A stretch of 29,246 nt of DNA from an uncultured Alphaproteobacteria bacterium (GCA_944391355.1 CALXTG010000014.1:1-29246), one strand, 5' to 3'. Shown: positions 17,626 to 28,243, numbered from the stretch's first letter. Numbers and translations are program-made. The notes: generated by a model not told the origin, from the sequence alone.

Positions 17626-20448
17626 ATGGCTGAAAATACATCTATCGAAATTAAAGGCGCTCGCGAACATAACCTTAAAAATGTAGACATTAATATTCCC
17701 AAAAACAAACTGACGGTCATTACCGGCCTGTCGGGTTCGGGAAAATCCTCTCTGGCATTTGATACTATCTACGCCGAGGGGCAGCGCCGCTATGTCGAAA
17801 GCCTGTCTTCTTATGCCCGCCAGTTTTTGGATTTGATGAAAAAACCCGATGTCGACTCGATTGAGGGATTATCGCCGGCGATTTCGATTGAACAAAAAAC
17901 CACTTCGCATAATCCGCGCTCGACAGTCGGTACGGTTACAGAAATTTATGACTATATGCGTTTACTGTGGGCAAGGGCAGGAACCCCCTATTCTCCGGCA
18001 ACCGGGCTGCCAATCGAATCACAGACGGTTTCGCAGATGGTTGATAAAATCGCCGCCCAGCCGGCCGGAAGCAAACTCATGCTGCTGGCGCCGATTGCCC
18101 GCGGGAAAAAAGGCGAATATAAAAAAGAAATTGAAACCCTGCAAAAACAAGGTTACCAACGTGTCAAAATCGACGGAACGGTTTATGATATTGAGGAAGT
18201 GCCGGCTTTAAACAAAAACCAGAAACATGATATTGAAGTCGTTATTGACCGTCTGGTGATTAAGGACGGTATTACCGAGCGTTTGGCCCAGTCGGTGGAA
18301 ACCGCCCTCAAACTCGGCGACGGACTGGTTTATACCGAAAACGCCGAAACCCAGGAGCGAGCTGTTTATTCTTCTAAATTTGCCTGCCCGGTTTCCGGTT
18401 TTACGATTGAAGAAATCGAACCGCGGCTGTTTTCGTTTAACAATCCTTACGGTGCCTGTCCGCATTGCGACGGTATCGGCGCCAAACTTTATATGGATCC
18501 GGATTTAATCGTTCCCAATCATCACTTGTCGCTTAATAAAGGCGCCATTGCGCCGTGGAATACGACTCACTCGTCTTTTTATCATCAGACTTTGGCTTCG
18601 CTGGCCGAATTTTTGAATATTTCGCTGAATACGCCGTGGGGCGAACTGCCGGAAAAAGCCCGCAATATTATTCTTTACGGTTCAGGAAACGTCTGCGTGC
18701 CGATGGTTTATTCGCGGTTTATGACTGACAAGCCGTTTGAAGGGGTTATTCCCAATATGGAACGCCGTTTTCTGGAAACGGATTCCGCCTGGGTCAGAGA
18801 AGAATTTTCCCGCTACCAGTCGGCAGCGCCCTGCGAGTTTTGCGGCGGCAAACGTCTGAAACCCGAGGCCCTGGCGGTTAAAGTCAACGGCTTGGATATT
18901 ATGGAAGCTTCGGAAATGTCGATTAAAAAAGCCCGCGACTGGTTTGCCGGCGTCGAAGCGGCGCTGACGCCGAAAAAACAGGAAATTGCCCATAAAATCG
19001 TCAAGGAAATTGTTGAACGCCTGACTTTTCTTAACAATGTCGGACTGGAATATCTATCCTTAAACCGCCAGTCGGGCACTTTATCGGGCGGCGAAGCTCA
19101 GCGGATTCGCCTGGCCTCGCAGATAGGCTCGGGACTGACCGGAGTTCTCTACGTTTTGGACGAACCCTCAATCGGTTTGCACCAGCGCGACAATGACCGG
19201 CTGCTGGAAACGCTGACCCGGCTGCGCGATATCGGCAATACCGTTATTGTCGTTGAACATGATGAAGACGCAATCCGCGCCGCCGATTATCTGGTCGATA
19301 TGGGCCCCGAAGCCGGACAAAACGGCGGCCATGTCGTTGCCGCCGGCACCGTTGCCGAAGTTTTGCAGAATCCCGACAGCCTGACCGCGCAATATCTCAA
19401 CGGCAGCAGAGAAATAGCCGTTCCGGCGCAAAGGCGCAAAGGCAACGGCAAATTTGTCGGCATCAAAGGCGCCAGAACCAATAATCTGAAAAACGTCGAA
19501 GTTAAAATTCCGCTCGGCACCCTCACCTGCGTTACCGGGGTTTCCGGCGGCGGAAAATCATCGCTGATTATTGAAACGCTCTGTAAAGCCTTAAACAAAG
19601 AATTGAACGACAGCCGCGAAGCCGCCGGAATTTATGACAAGCTTATCGGCGCGGAAAATATTGATAAAATCATTAATATCGACCAATCGCCGATCGGACG
19701 CACCCCGCGTTCCAATCCGGCGACTTATACCGGCTTGTTTACTTATATCCGCGATTGGTTTGCCGGGCTGCCGGAAGCCAAAGCGCGCGGCTATACGGCC
19801 GGCCGTTTCTCATTCAACGTCGCCGGCGGCCGCTGCGAGGCCTGTAAGGGGGACGGCGTTACCAAAATTGAAATGCATTTTCTCCCCGACGTTTATGTCG
19901 AATGCGATGTCTGCAAAGGCAAACGTTTTAACCGCGAAACGCTGGAAGTCAAATATAAGGACAAATCCATCGCCGATGTGCTGGATATGACCGTTGACGA
20001 AGCTTACGGATTTTTTGAGGCGATCCCGTCAATTAAAAACCGTTTGGAACTGCTGCGCAAAGTCGGGTTGGGCTATATTAAGCTCGGCCAGCAGGCCACG
20101 ACCCTTTCCGGCGGCGAAGCCCAACGCGTCAAACTTTCCAAAGAACTGTCCAAACGGGCAACCGGGAAAACCCTGTATATCCTTGACGAGCCGACGACCG
20201 GGCTGCATTTCGAAGATATCAACAAACTGCTGAAAGTTTTGCATACGCTGGTTGATCAGGGAAATTCGATTATTGTTATCGAACATAATCTCGATGTTAT
20301 CAAAACCGCCGATTATATTATCGACCTCGGCCCCGAAGGCGGCGACGGCGGCGGCGAAATTATTGCCAAAGGCACGCCCGAAGCAGTGGTTAAAACACCG
20401 GGAAGCTATACGGCCAAATATCTGAAAGATTACTTGCCCAAGAAATAA
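17626..20448 (+). CDS. uvrA: Excinuclease ABC subunit A
   Basis: Two ABC ATPase domains ([26 protein letters not shown] twice), Zn-finger CxxC pairs; ATG at 17626 after AAGGA. Confidence 0.99.
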   Translation: MAENTSIEIKGAREHNLKNVDINIPKNKLTVITGLSGSGKSSLAFDTIYAEGQRRYVESLSSYARQFLDLMKKPDVDSIEGLSPAISIEQKTTSHNPRSTVGTVTEIYDYMRLLWARAGTPYSPATGLPIESQTVSQMVDKIAAQPAGSKLMLLAPIARGKKGEYKKEIETLQKQGYQRVKIDGTVYDIEEVPALNKNQKHDIEVVIDRLVIKDGITERLAQSVETALKLGDGLVYTENAETQERAVYSSKFACPVSGFTIEEIEPRLFSFNNPYGACPHCDGIGAKLYMDPDLIVPNHHLSLNKGAIAPWNTTHSSFYHQTLASLAEFLNISLNTPWGELPEKARNIILYGSGNVCVPMVYSRFMTDKPFEGVIPNMERRFLETDSAWVREEFSRYQSAAPCEFCGGKRLKPEALAVKVNGLDIMEASEMSIKKARDWFAGVEAALTPKKQEIAHKIVKEIVERLTFLNNVGLEYLSLNRQSGTLSGGEAQRIRLASQIGSGLTGVLYVLDEPSIGLHQRDNDRLLETLTRLRDIGNTVIVVEHDEDAIRAADYLVDMGPEAGQNGGHVVAAGTVAEVLQNPDSLTAQYLNGSREIAVPAQRRKGNGKFVGIKGARTNNLKNVEVKIPLGTLTCVTGVSGGGKSSLIIETLCKALNKELNDSREAAGIYDKLIGAENIDKIINIDQSPIGRTPRSNPATYTGLFTYIRDWFAGLPEAKARGYTAGRFSFNVAGGRCEACKGDGVTKIEMHFLPDVYVECDVCKGKRFNRETLEVKYKDKSIADVLDMTVDEAYGFFEAIPSIKNRLELLRKVGLGYIKLGQQATTLSGGEAQRVKLSKELSKRATGKTLYILDEPTTGLHFEDINKLLKVLHTLVDQGNSIIVIEHNLDVIKTADYIIDLGPEGGDGGGEIIAKGTPEAVVKTPGSYTAKYLKDYLPKK

Positions 20449-20451
20449 AAA

Positions 20452-21873
20452 TCAGCGGTCAAACTCAGGAAAACAGCGACTGTTAAGGCTTGGCGCGAAC
20501 GTCGGTTTCCGGATTAAATCAAAGTCTTTCAGAATAGCGTTCACGGCTCCGTAAAAACTGCATTTCCGGCATTTTTTATTGAGATAATTGGCAATAATAT
20601 CGGCTTTATCCTGATTTTCCTGCCGGCGGTTACTGATTGCCTGTTCACGGGCGCGGTTTTTATCCAGCGGCTGTCCGTTTTCGTCTGCAGTTCCGTACAA
20701 GGCGCAGACGTCACGCTTAAGCAGATTTTTTTTGACGGTATATTGATTGTCGAATTTATCGCCTCCGATATCCTGGCCGATAATCAGTTTTTTATAAAGT
20801 TCGGCGGCCTAAACATCTTGAACGGCCTGCCGCTCAAGCGGATCTTCCTTACGGTTATTATAGACCCAAAGATTCAGCGCCTTAATTTCATCAGCTTGTT
20901 TTTTATCAAATACATCAACCAAATCGGCGCCGAGACGGTTGACATGAGCATCGACCGAACGGGACGTCCAAGGCTGGCTCTGCAGTTCTTTGGCCAGATC
21001 TTTGACTTCATCGCGGGTAAAAGAATTTTTGCGAACCACTGCCACCATCATATTATTAAACTTCATCGCGCCGAGACGGCTGATGTTTTTCATATCCCTT
21101 GCCTGATACAGGCGTTTGGCATAGATACGAGCGACATTTCTGACATAATCCTTTTGAATGGTATCAGGTTCGGCGACAACCTGTTCAAATAAATTGCCCT
21201 CCACCGCTTTCGGATGAGTTTGGGCTTTTTTCCGCATAAATTCGTAAAGAGAACTGAAATGTATATATTTGTCATCAAGCGCCGATTTTTCGGCAACGGC
21301 CAACAGAAGATCGACATTTCTGTTAAAAGCCGGAATTTCCATATCGGGATTTTGTTTGAAAAGGCCGGCAATATAGGCAAAAGCCTTAGGAGCATATAAT
21401 GCGGCATCATCTCCTTTCATCTGCTCGCTGATAAGCGCCTGATAGTTTTCGGGCGCATATACGACTTTGCTCTTTTTAACTGCGGGAACCACGTCATTGT
21501 CTGTTTTGCGGGACAAATAGGCTTCCAGTTTTTCGCCGGGATTAACCCCGAACTTTTTCATTTTATTGAGCGCCGTGCATTTCGTGCCGATATCAAGCCG
21601 GAAAAAACGGATATTATTATTGAGCAGATTGCGGCAGAAGCGAGCCCGGGCAGGATTGCGGCCGGTATTGCGGATAAGAGAATTAACCAGACGCCAGAGC
21701 ACCTTTTTGCTGAACTGAGCCGCCGCTTCGACCGGAATATCTTTCTTGAGAATATCAAGCTGTGACTGAAGCAGAGTTTCGACATTGTCTTCATTATATC
21801 CGTAAGGATAATGGCTTATGTCCTGTTCAAAGCGGGAAATCAGCTGGGCAATATTGGTCTGGGGGGCCGCCAT
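20452..21873 (-). pseudogene. Hypothetical helical protein interrupted by one in-frame TAG (20809-20811)
   Basis: The track ORFs 20809..21879 and 20452..20700 are in the same frame, and the 36 codons between them are open (TAG-AAELYKKLIIGQDIGGDKFDNQYTVKKNLLKRDVCA-LYGTAD...). Likely start is ATG 21873, 7 nt after GGAG. Confidence 0.6.
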
Positions 21874-21935
21874 CGGCATTCTCCGGATTTGTGTCTATAT
21901 TTTGTCATCATACACAGAATAAAATTTTATGCAAG

Positions 21936-21960
21936 AAAAAAGGAGCCCGAAAGCTCCCTT
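21936..21960 (-). terminator. fadL intrinsic terminator
   Basis: GGAGC-tttcgg-GCTCC followed by T6 on the minus strand. Confidence 0.65.
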
Positions 21961-21982
21961 CTTCATTTTCTGCGTTTCAAAC

Positions 21983-23221
21983 TCAGAAATTATAGTTAAC
22001 CGAAAAACCGAACAAATGGATATTTCCTTTGTAGCGGGCGTGTAAATCGCCGCGGGCGGGATCGTTTTTCAGCTCAACTTTGGACTTTTCGGCGCGGATA
22101 TACGTATAACCGGCGTTAAATGTCCAGTTGTCATCATATTTGTATTCAACACCGCCGGAATACCAGATACGGTCTGAATCCGGAATACGGGGGGTGCGGG
22201 TATGAATGCTGACCGGGGTCTGGTCGAAAGCAAAACCGACTTTCAATTTCCATTGATCATCAACTTTATAGCTGGCGCCGATTGAATAAAACCAAACGTC
22301 TTTCCAGTTTTCTTCGGTAATATTGCGCAGACCGTGCGCTCCCTGAATATCCAAATCTTCAAAAGAAGACCAGTAAGTTTTCTGAACTTCGGCCATAACC
22401 GCCCATTTTTCATTAATGTCATGGTAAGCACCGAAAGTTAACAAAGCCGGGGTCGTTAATCTGGCGCTGATGTCCTGATCACGCATGGTGGTGGCAATGT
22501 TGCCGGTGGGAATATAGCGGTCAAACTGGATTTTGCCTTTAAGTTTGTGCTTAACTTCACTGCGGTAAGAAACGCCGAAGCGGGTTGCCGGCGAATATTC
22601 GTATAAAGCACCGAGAACATAACCCAGGTCGGTTGTATCGCCTTTGAGTTTGGCATGATTCAAATAAGGCGTGCCGGCAGAATTTTTAAGTTCGGCGGTC
22701 ACATACTGAATGTTAAGACCGGCACCGAAGCTCAAATGCTCATTGGCACGGTAGGCAGCCATCGGCATCAGGTCATAGGTTCTTAAATGAGATAAGGTAC
22801 CATGATTGGCTCCCGACCAATATTTGCTGTAATCGGTCACTAACCCGAAAGGAGAGTTCAAATTCAAACCGACGGTAACCTGATCGTTTAACTGGTGAGA
22901 TACGGCGAATGAAGGCAATACGGCCTTGTCGACAACATTGTCCATTTCCCGGTCAAAACCGAACGGGCTTTTGCCCTCATAGCCTTTGACATTACCGACG
23001 ATGGCGGTGGCGCCCAAAGTAGCTTTGGTTCCGGTCTGTTTGATAATGGCAGCGGGGTTGTAAAAAGAGTAAGAAACGTCTTCAGCTCCGGCGGTTGCAC
23101 CGGCAAAAGCATTGCCCATTGCGGCAACAGACTGTTCTCTCAATAAAAATCCGGAAGCACTGGCATCAGAGCAGCAAAGAATGGTTCCAATGGCAGTTAA
23201 AGTTAAAAGTCTTTTCATCAT
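21983..23221 (-). CDS. fadL: Outer-membrane long-chain fatty acid transporter (FadL/OmpP1/TodX family)
   Basis: Signal peptide (ASA|SGFLLREQS), MGNAFAGATA...FYNPA hatch motif, RTPRIPDSDRIWYS, terminal aromatic YNF. Start trimmed to MMKRLL. Confidence 0.9.
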   Translation of the reverse strand: MMKRLLTLTAIGTILCCSDASASGFLLREQSVAAMGNAFAGATAGAEDVSYSFYNPAAIIKQTGTKATLGATAIVGNVKGYEGKSPFGFDREMDNVVDKAVLPSFAVSHQLNDQVTVGLNLNSPFGLVTDYSKYWSGANHGTLSHLRTYDLMPMAAYRANEHLSFGAGLNIQYVTAELKNSAGTPYLNHAKLKGDTTDLGYVLGALYEYSPATRFGVSYRSEVKHKLKGKIQFDRYIPTGNIATTMRDQDISARLTTPALLTFGAYHDINEKWAVMAEVQKTYWSSFEDLDIQGAHGLRNITEENWKDVWFYSIGASYKVDDQWKLKVGFAFDQTPVSIHTRTPRIPDSDRIWYSGGVEYKYDDNWTFNAGYTYIRAEKSKVELKNDPARGDLHARYKGNIHLFGFSVNYNF

Positions 23222-23246
23222 AAACACTTTTTGTAGTTGATCCAAG

Positions 23247-23317
23247 TTGTAACATATTGTAACAAAGCGCCGGAGATAACTGTAATAATCCGTAACATTC
23301 ATCAGCGGTTTGTAATA
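23247..23317 (-). promoter_or_regulatory. Array of five (G/A)TTAC(A/G) direct repeats with 10-bp phasing upstream of fadL
   Basis: Plus-strand copies TTGTAACA 23247 and 23257, CTGTAATA 23280, CCGTAACA 23290, TTGTAATA 23310. Confidence 0.5.
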
Positions 23318-23324
23318 TTCGGTC

Positions 23325-23353
23325 ATAATATGTTACTGTCAGTGTATAGACAA
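23325..23353 (-). promoter_or_regulatory. Putative sigma70 promoter of fadL
   Basis: TTGTCT-17 nt-TATTAT. Confidence 0.45.
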
Positions 23354-23539
23354 TTTTCACTTAAAAAGCAATCGTTTTATTTATCCACCTCTGGAAAAAC
23401 AAACAAAAATATATTCGATTCAATAGGTTAAGCATACATCCCAAAGCATTACCTGATATACAGCCTTTTTTAACTTTACAAAATATGCGGTTTCGGTTTA
23501 CATAATAAGCTATATTTATGAACTACGCGGAGATATATT

Positions 23540-25723
23540 TTGAGAAATTTCGTCAGATTTTGCTTAAGGACAGTATTTCGTTTTCTGAAAGTCAGATGTA
23601 ATATTGCCGTTAATGAAAATACTCTTCCTCAAAAAGCAGTCTATGTATCGAACCATGTTTCCTACCTGGATCCGATTATTTTATTCGCCTATCTCCCCGG
23701 AAATCCGATTTTTGCCTTAAACGGGCATTTATACCGCCGCAAGTGGATACGCTTTTTAATGCGTACCGCCGACGTAATGTTGTTTAACCCGATTGAACCC
23801 GGCGATATCAAAGAACTGATTGCCAAAGTAGACAGCGGGCGCCGCTGCGTAATTTTTGCCGAAGGGCGGATTACCGAAAGCGGCGGCTTGATGAAAATCT
23901 ATGAAGCTCCCGGCCTGGTTGCCGATAAATCCAAAGCGCCGATTATCCCGGTATGGATTAACGGCCCGCAGTACGGCTATTTCTCCAAGACCAAAGGAAA
24001 ACTGCCACACCGTCCGCTTCCTAAAATCCGCGTCAAAGTCAAAGCGCCGGTCAATTTCAAATTAAAAGACGAACTCCGCCGCCAGCGCGACCACATCAGC
24101 AATGAAGTTTATGTCCTGATGCGGGAAATGTCTTTTGAGGCATCTTATAATGATAACATTTCCCTGTTTGCCCAGCTGATGAAAACCGCCAAAGTGCATT
24201 CCAAAAAGGGCATCTTCCGCCGGCCGACTTTTGTCGAAGACATTCAGCGGGTTCCGAATTCCTACAAAGATATCATCATCAAATCTTATGTTCTGGGAAA
24301 ATATTTTAAGAAAAGAACCCTGCCCGGCGAACATGTCGCTCTGCTGCTGCCCAACTCAATCGCCGCGGTTTGCACTTTCTTCGGGCTCAGCGCCTATGAA
24401 CGCGTGCCGGTAATGCTTAATTTTTCGGTCGGCGCCGCCAACATGGTTTCGATGTGCAAAACCGCCGTGGTTAAAAAAGTTATCACCTCGCGTCTGTTTA
24501 TTAAAAACGCCAAAATGGAAAATGTTACGGAAGCGCTTGAAAAGGCCGGTTTTCAAGTTGTTTATCTTGAAGATCTGCGTAAAGAAATCGGCCTGTGGGA
24601 TAAAATCAACGCTTATCTGCGCTATAAAATCAAGCGCGTCCCGCATAAAAAAGGCGGCAACAAAAAGGCTGTTATTCTGTTTACTTCGGGTTCCGAGGGG
24701 GCTCCCAAAGCCGTGGTTCTGACTCATGCCAATATTTTATCCAATATTAAGCAGATGTCCTCAATTGAAACAATTAATATTTCCGACACTTTGTTTAACG
24801 CCCTGCCGATGTTTCACAGTTTCGGCCTGACGGTCGGCACGCTGTTTCCGCTGCTGGAAGGTGCCAAACTGTTTTTATACCCCTCCCCGCTGCATTACCG
24901 CGTGGTTGCCGAAATTGTTTATGAAATCGGCGCGACAATTATGTTCGGAACTGACACTTTTTTCCGCGGCTACGGAAAAATTGCCCATCCGTTTGACTTT
25001 CACAATATCCGCTTTATGTTCGGCGGCGCCGAAGCGGTTAAACCCGACACCCGCAATATGTGGATGGAACGTCTCGGTATTCGCGTTCTGGAAGGATACG
25101 GGTCTACCGAGTGTTCGCCGGTTATCAGTGCCAATAACCGCATTTTCAACCGTTTCGGTTCAATCGGCAAGCTGTTGCCCAAAATTGAATACAAAATTGA
25201 AAAGGTTGACGGAATCGAAAAAGGCGGCGAACTGGTTATCCGCGGCCCCAATATCATGTCAGGTTATATTATGCCCGACAATCCCGGTGTTTTGGTGCCG
25301 TTGAAAGACGGTTGGTATCATACCGGCGATGTGGTTGAAATTGATGAAATCGGTTTTGTTTATATCAAAGACAGAATCAAGCGCTTTGCCAAAATCGGCG
25401 GCGAAATGGTTTCATTAAACGCCGTTGACGAAATGGTACGCAGAGCCTATGAAAAAGACGGCGAAGAATACAGTTACGGAATTGTGGCCGTACCGCATGA
25501 AAGCAAAGGTGAACAGATTGTTCTGGTTACCAATAACCGCAAGGTTACACAGGAATGCCTGCACAGTTACATAAAAGCCAATGCCATGTCGGAACTTTAT
25601 CTGCCGCGGGTCATTCTGTTCCGCGACCGTCTGCCGGTTTTCGCCACCGGCAAGGCTGATAACGTTACTTTGAAAAAAGATGTTATGGAAGAACTGGGCT
25701 TGACAATGGCCAAAGCCTGTTAA
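23540..25723 (+). CDS. aas: Bifunctional 2-acyl-GPE acyltransferase / acyl-ACP synthetase
   Basis: N-terminal PlsC domain (NHVSYLD, FAEGRIT) plus adenylate-forming domain (LFTSGSEGAPK, EGYGSTE, YHTGD); TTG start after GGAG. Confidence 0.92.
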   Translation: MRNFVRFCLRTVFRFLKVRCNIAVNENTLPQKAVYVSNHVSYLDPIILFAYLPGNPIFALNGHLYRRKWIRFLMRTADVMLFNPIEPGDIKELIAKVDSGRRCVIFAEGRITESGGLMKIYEAPGLVADKSKAPIIPVWINGPQYGYFSKTKGKLPHRPLPKIRVKVKAPVNFKLKDELRRQRDHISNEVYVLMREMSFEASYNDNISLFAQLMKTAKVHSKKGIFRRPTFVEDIQRVPNSYKDIIIKSYVLGKYFKKRTLPGEHVALLLPNSIAAVCTFFGLSAYERVPVMLNFSVGAANMVSMCKTAVVKKVITSRLFIKNAKMENVTEALEKAGFQVVYLEDLRKEIGLWDKINAYLRYKIKRVPHKKGGNKKAVILFTSGSEGAPKAVVLTHANILSNIKQMSSIETINISDTLFNALPMFHSFGLTVGTLFPLLEGAKLFLYPSPLHYRVVAEIVYEIGATIMFGTDTFFRGYGKIAHPFDFHNIRFMFGGAEAVKPDTRNMWMERLGIRVLEGYGSTECSPVISANNRIFNRFGSIGKLLPKIEYKIEKVDGIEKGGELVIRGPNIMSGYIMPDNPGVLVPLKDGWYHTGDVVEIDEIGFVYIKDRIKRFAKIGGEMVSLNAVDEMVRRAYEKDGEEYSYGIVAVPHESKGEQIVLVTNNRKVTQECLHSYIKANAMSELYLPRVILFRDRLPVFATGKADNVTLKKDVMEELGLTMAKAC

Positions 25724-25739
25724 ACTCTGAAGAAAAAGC

Positions 25740-25772
25740 AAATCCTCCCGGACAGTCGGGAGGATTTTTTTT
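25740..25772. terminator. Bidirectional intrinsic terminator
   Basis: AAATCCTCCCG-gacagt-CGGGAGGATTT plus T-run, between the convergent aas and nitroreductase genes. Confidence 0.8.
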
Positions 25773-26286
25773 AATATTTATTATAATGAACCTTTGTTTC
25801 ATTAAAACGGTCTGACGGCTGCCTGGCTTCAAGGCGCGGATAGCCGATAACCACCAAAGCTAAAGGTTTGATATGCGCCGGCAGATCGAACAAGCGGGTA
25901 AATGCCTCAATTCGTTCCTGATTGGGATAAATTCCGCACCAACAGGCTCCCAGCCCCAGGCTGTGGCAGGCCAGCAGCAAATTTTCCGCAGCGGCAGCAC
26001 AATCAACTGTCCAATAGTCTTTGTCATATTGTTCTTCCAAGTTGCCGCAGACGACTACAGCCTGACCGGCATCTTTCAGGAAAGAAGCATAAGGGTGAAC
26101 TCCGCTGATTTCCCGTATTACGTCATCATTATCGACAACAATAAATTCCCAAGGCTGGCAGTTTCGGGCCGAAGGGGCGTACATGGCTGCCCGTAACAGC
26201 TTTTTCATATCTTCTGAGGAAATCTTTTTACCGGGGACAAAAGAACGGACCGACCGGCGGGTTAACAAATCATCATAACTGCTCAT
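25771..26286 (-). CDS. Nitroreductase family protein
   Basis: RRSVRSF, APSARNCQPWEF, SLGLGACW, LVVIGYP motifs; AGGAG RBS. Confidence 0.93.
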   Translation of the reverse strand: MSSYDDLLTRRSVRSFVPGKKISSEDMKKLLRAAMYAPSARNCQPWEFIVVDNDDVIREISGVHPYASFLKDAGQAVVVCGNLEEQYDKDYWTVDCAAAAENLLLACHSLGLGACWCGIYPNQERIEAFTRLFDLPAHIKPLALVVIGYPRLEARQPSDRFNETKVHYNKY

Positions 26287-26342
26287 GAATTTTCTCCTAA
26301 ATTTTATTATTATTTAGGAAGCGGAAAAAGAAAATACAAGAG

Positions 26343-28208
26343 CTAAAAGAGTTTCAGAATACTCTGCGCCGAACGGGAAGCCAGGGACAGCGAGTTAACC
26401 GCCAGCTGCTGAGCAGTTTGCAGAGCCAGCATATTGGCAGATTCCTGATTCATATCGGCAAGCGTCAGTTTATCGGCGCCTTCTTCCAGAACATTTATCA
26501 AATTCTCGGTAAAATCCTGCCTTGTGGTAACAATTGAATAATAGTTTCCGTATTCCGCGGCAAAGCTTCGTAATACCCCTATTGCGTTTTCAAGTTCGGA
26601 GATTGATTTTTCAATCGCATCTTTATTTTCCCATTCACGCGCAGCAATTTTCAAATTATTACTGTCGGCTTTGACGCCTTTAATTTCAATTACTGATGAA
26701 CGGTCTTCATTAAAATTGATTTTCAGGCTCTGGCCGTCAAGAAGATTTATCCCTTTATAAGAAGCATCACCAATCAGAAAATCATACTGCCGCAGGATTT
26801 CATTGAACTGTTTTTCTTGGGCGAGACTCCCGGCATATCCTTTCTCCTGTGAAGGCCGGCGCGATATTTGCTGCATATACGCGGCAAAATCTGCAAATAT
26901 CTGGGCAAAGGCGGCCGAAGTTGATGCCTTTTGCGAAGTGTCTTCCGTAAAACCATGTGCGGCCAGACTGTTGCCATAACCATTGAAATCCGACTTAACT
27001 CCTCCGGCAGGAACCGTATACAAACCGCTCCGGGTATAAATTTTGGCACCGGCAACACCGTCAAATATTGTATCATAGCCCCATCCGTCACCGCCTAAAA
27101 ATGAGAAAGCAAAATTTGCTTTTATATTCAGGTTTATTTCTGCCTGAGACGAAAGAAGATTTACATTTGCCGCTATCAATCCGTGCGCATAATTTTGTTC
27201 CGTCGTGACATTGATTTTTGACGCTCCGGATAAGTTAAAAGTGCCATAGCCCAAAGCATAACTTTCGTATCCTTGGGTATAGACATTGACAACGGCATTG
27301 TCAGAAAGATCCATGGTTGAACCGGTAACGGCAAAACCGCCGAATGAACCTTTGGAGATATTCAGTACCGCTCCCTGTCGCAGGGCAAAGCGGCTGCTGC
27401 TTATTCCGTAAAAACGGTTGGGATGTACATCATCCCGGGTTGTGACAATACCGGTATCTCCGATATTTACCGTCCCCTGCAGTTCAAAACCATATCTCTG
27501 CTCAGAACTAATGCCGCTGACACCGGCTGTTCCGCCGCCGGAACCGTCAATATCAACTTTTATATTGACATCTTTGATGACAACGTTATCACCTTTGATT
27601 TTTACTGCCGCCTGTGAACCGCGGGTGTCACTTTTATAATTTATCTGTAAATCGGCAATTAAGGCATTATCCTTAACGGTCAAACCATCGGCAGGACGAG
27701 CGGTAAAATCAAAAGAAATTGAGGAATATTCCGCTGATTGGTTCAAATATTTTGCCCCCACCAAAGACTGCCCGGCATTTAATATCAGATTCTGATTTCC
27801 GGTTATACGGATATGACCGTCAACAACAATCAACCCTTCCTTGCCGGAATTGATTGCGGCAATCAATTCTTCTTCCGTACGCACCGTGGCAACAACATCT
27901 CCGGAGGTTTCGAGCGCTTGGTTAGCGACCGCCTTGGCCTGTTCAAGGAATTTTGTGCCGGAGTCAATCGCTTCAGAAGCCGCTTTAATCGTCTGTATTC
28001 CCTGCGACATAGCGTCTAACAAAGCGGTCAAATCGGCGGCACGGTTGTTTAACGAAGAAGCGGTATAATAAGAAGAGGGATTATCGATTGCCGAAGAAAC
28101 TTTAAGGCCGGTCGCTAAGCGATTTTGTACAATATCCTGCCGGCTTGCAATATTCTGCAAGCTCAACAAATTACTGCGCATTGACGCTGTTAACGAAATC
28201 CCAGACAT
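26343..28208 (-). CDS. Flagellin-family protein with a large beta-rich insert
   Basis: Flagellin N-terminus (RSNLLSLQ...RLATGLKVSSAIDNP) and C-terminus (DASYKGINLL...LTLADMNQESANMLALQTAQQLAVNSLSLA...ILKLF); non-flagellin insert at ~aa 101-463. Confidence 0.9.
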   Translation of the reverse strand: MSGISLTASMRSNLLSLQNIASRQDIVQNRLATGLKVSSAIDNPSSYYTASSLNNRAADLTALLDAMSQGIQTIKAASEAIDSGTKFLEQAKAVANQALETSGDVVATVRTEEELIAAINSGKEGLIVVDGHIRITGNQNLILNAGQSLVGAKYLNQSAEYSSISFDFTARPADGLTVKDNALIADLQINYKSDTRGSQAAVKIKGDNVVIKDVNIKVDIDGSGGGTAGVSGISSEQRYGFELQGTVNIGDTGIVTTRDDVHPNRFYGISSSRFALRQGAVLNISKGSFGGFAVTGSTMDLSDNAVVNVYTQGYESYALGYGTFNLSGASKINVTTEQNYAHGLIAANVNLLSSQAEINLNIKANFAFSFLGGDGWGYDTIFDGVAGAKIYTRSGLYTVPAGGVKSDFNGYGNSLAAHGFTEDTSQKASTSAAFAQIFADFAAYMQQISRRPSQEKGYAGSLAQEKQFNEILRQYDFLIGDASYKGINLLDGQSLKINFNEDRSSVIEIKGVKADSNNLKIAAREWENKDAIEKSISELENAIGVLRSFAAEYGNYYSIVTTRQDFTENLINVLEEGADKLTLADMNQESANMLALQTAQQLAVNSLSLASRSAQSILKLF

Positions 28209-28243
28209 TCTCTCGGCCTCTTGTTATTCTGGTTTCCCTATAC

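Noticed and set aside
20809-20811. Genome-wide TAG reassignment or pyrrolysine
   Set aside because: TAG ends the MFP and flagellin genes at their canonical C-termini; no pyl genes are visible.
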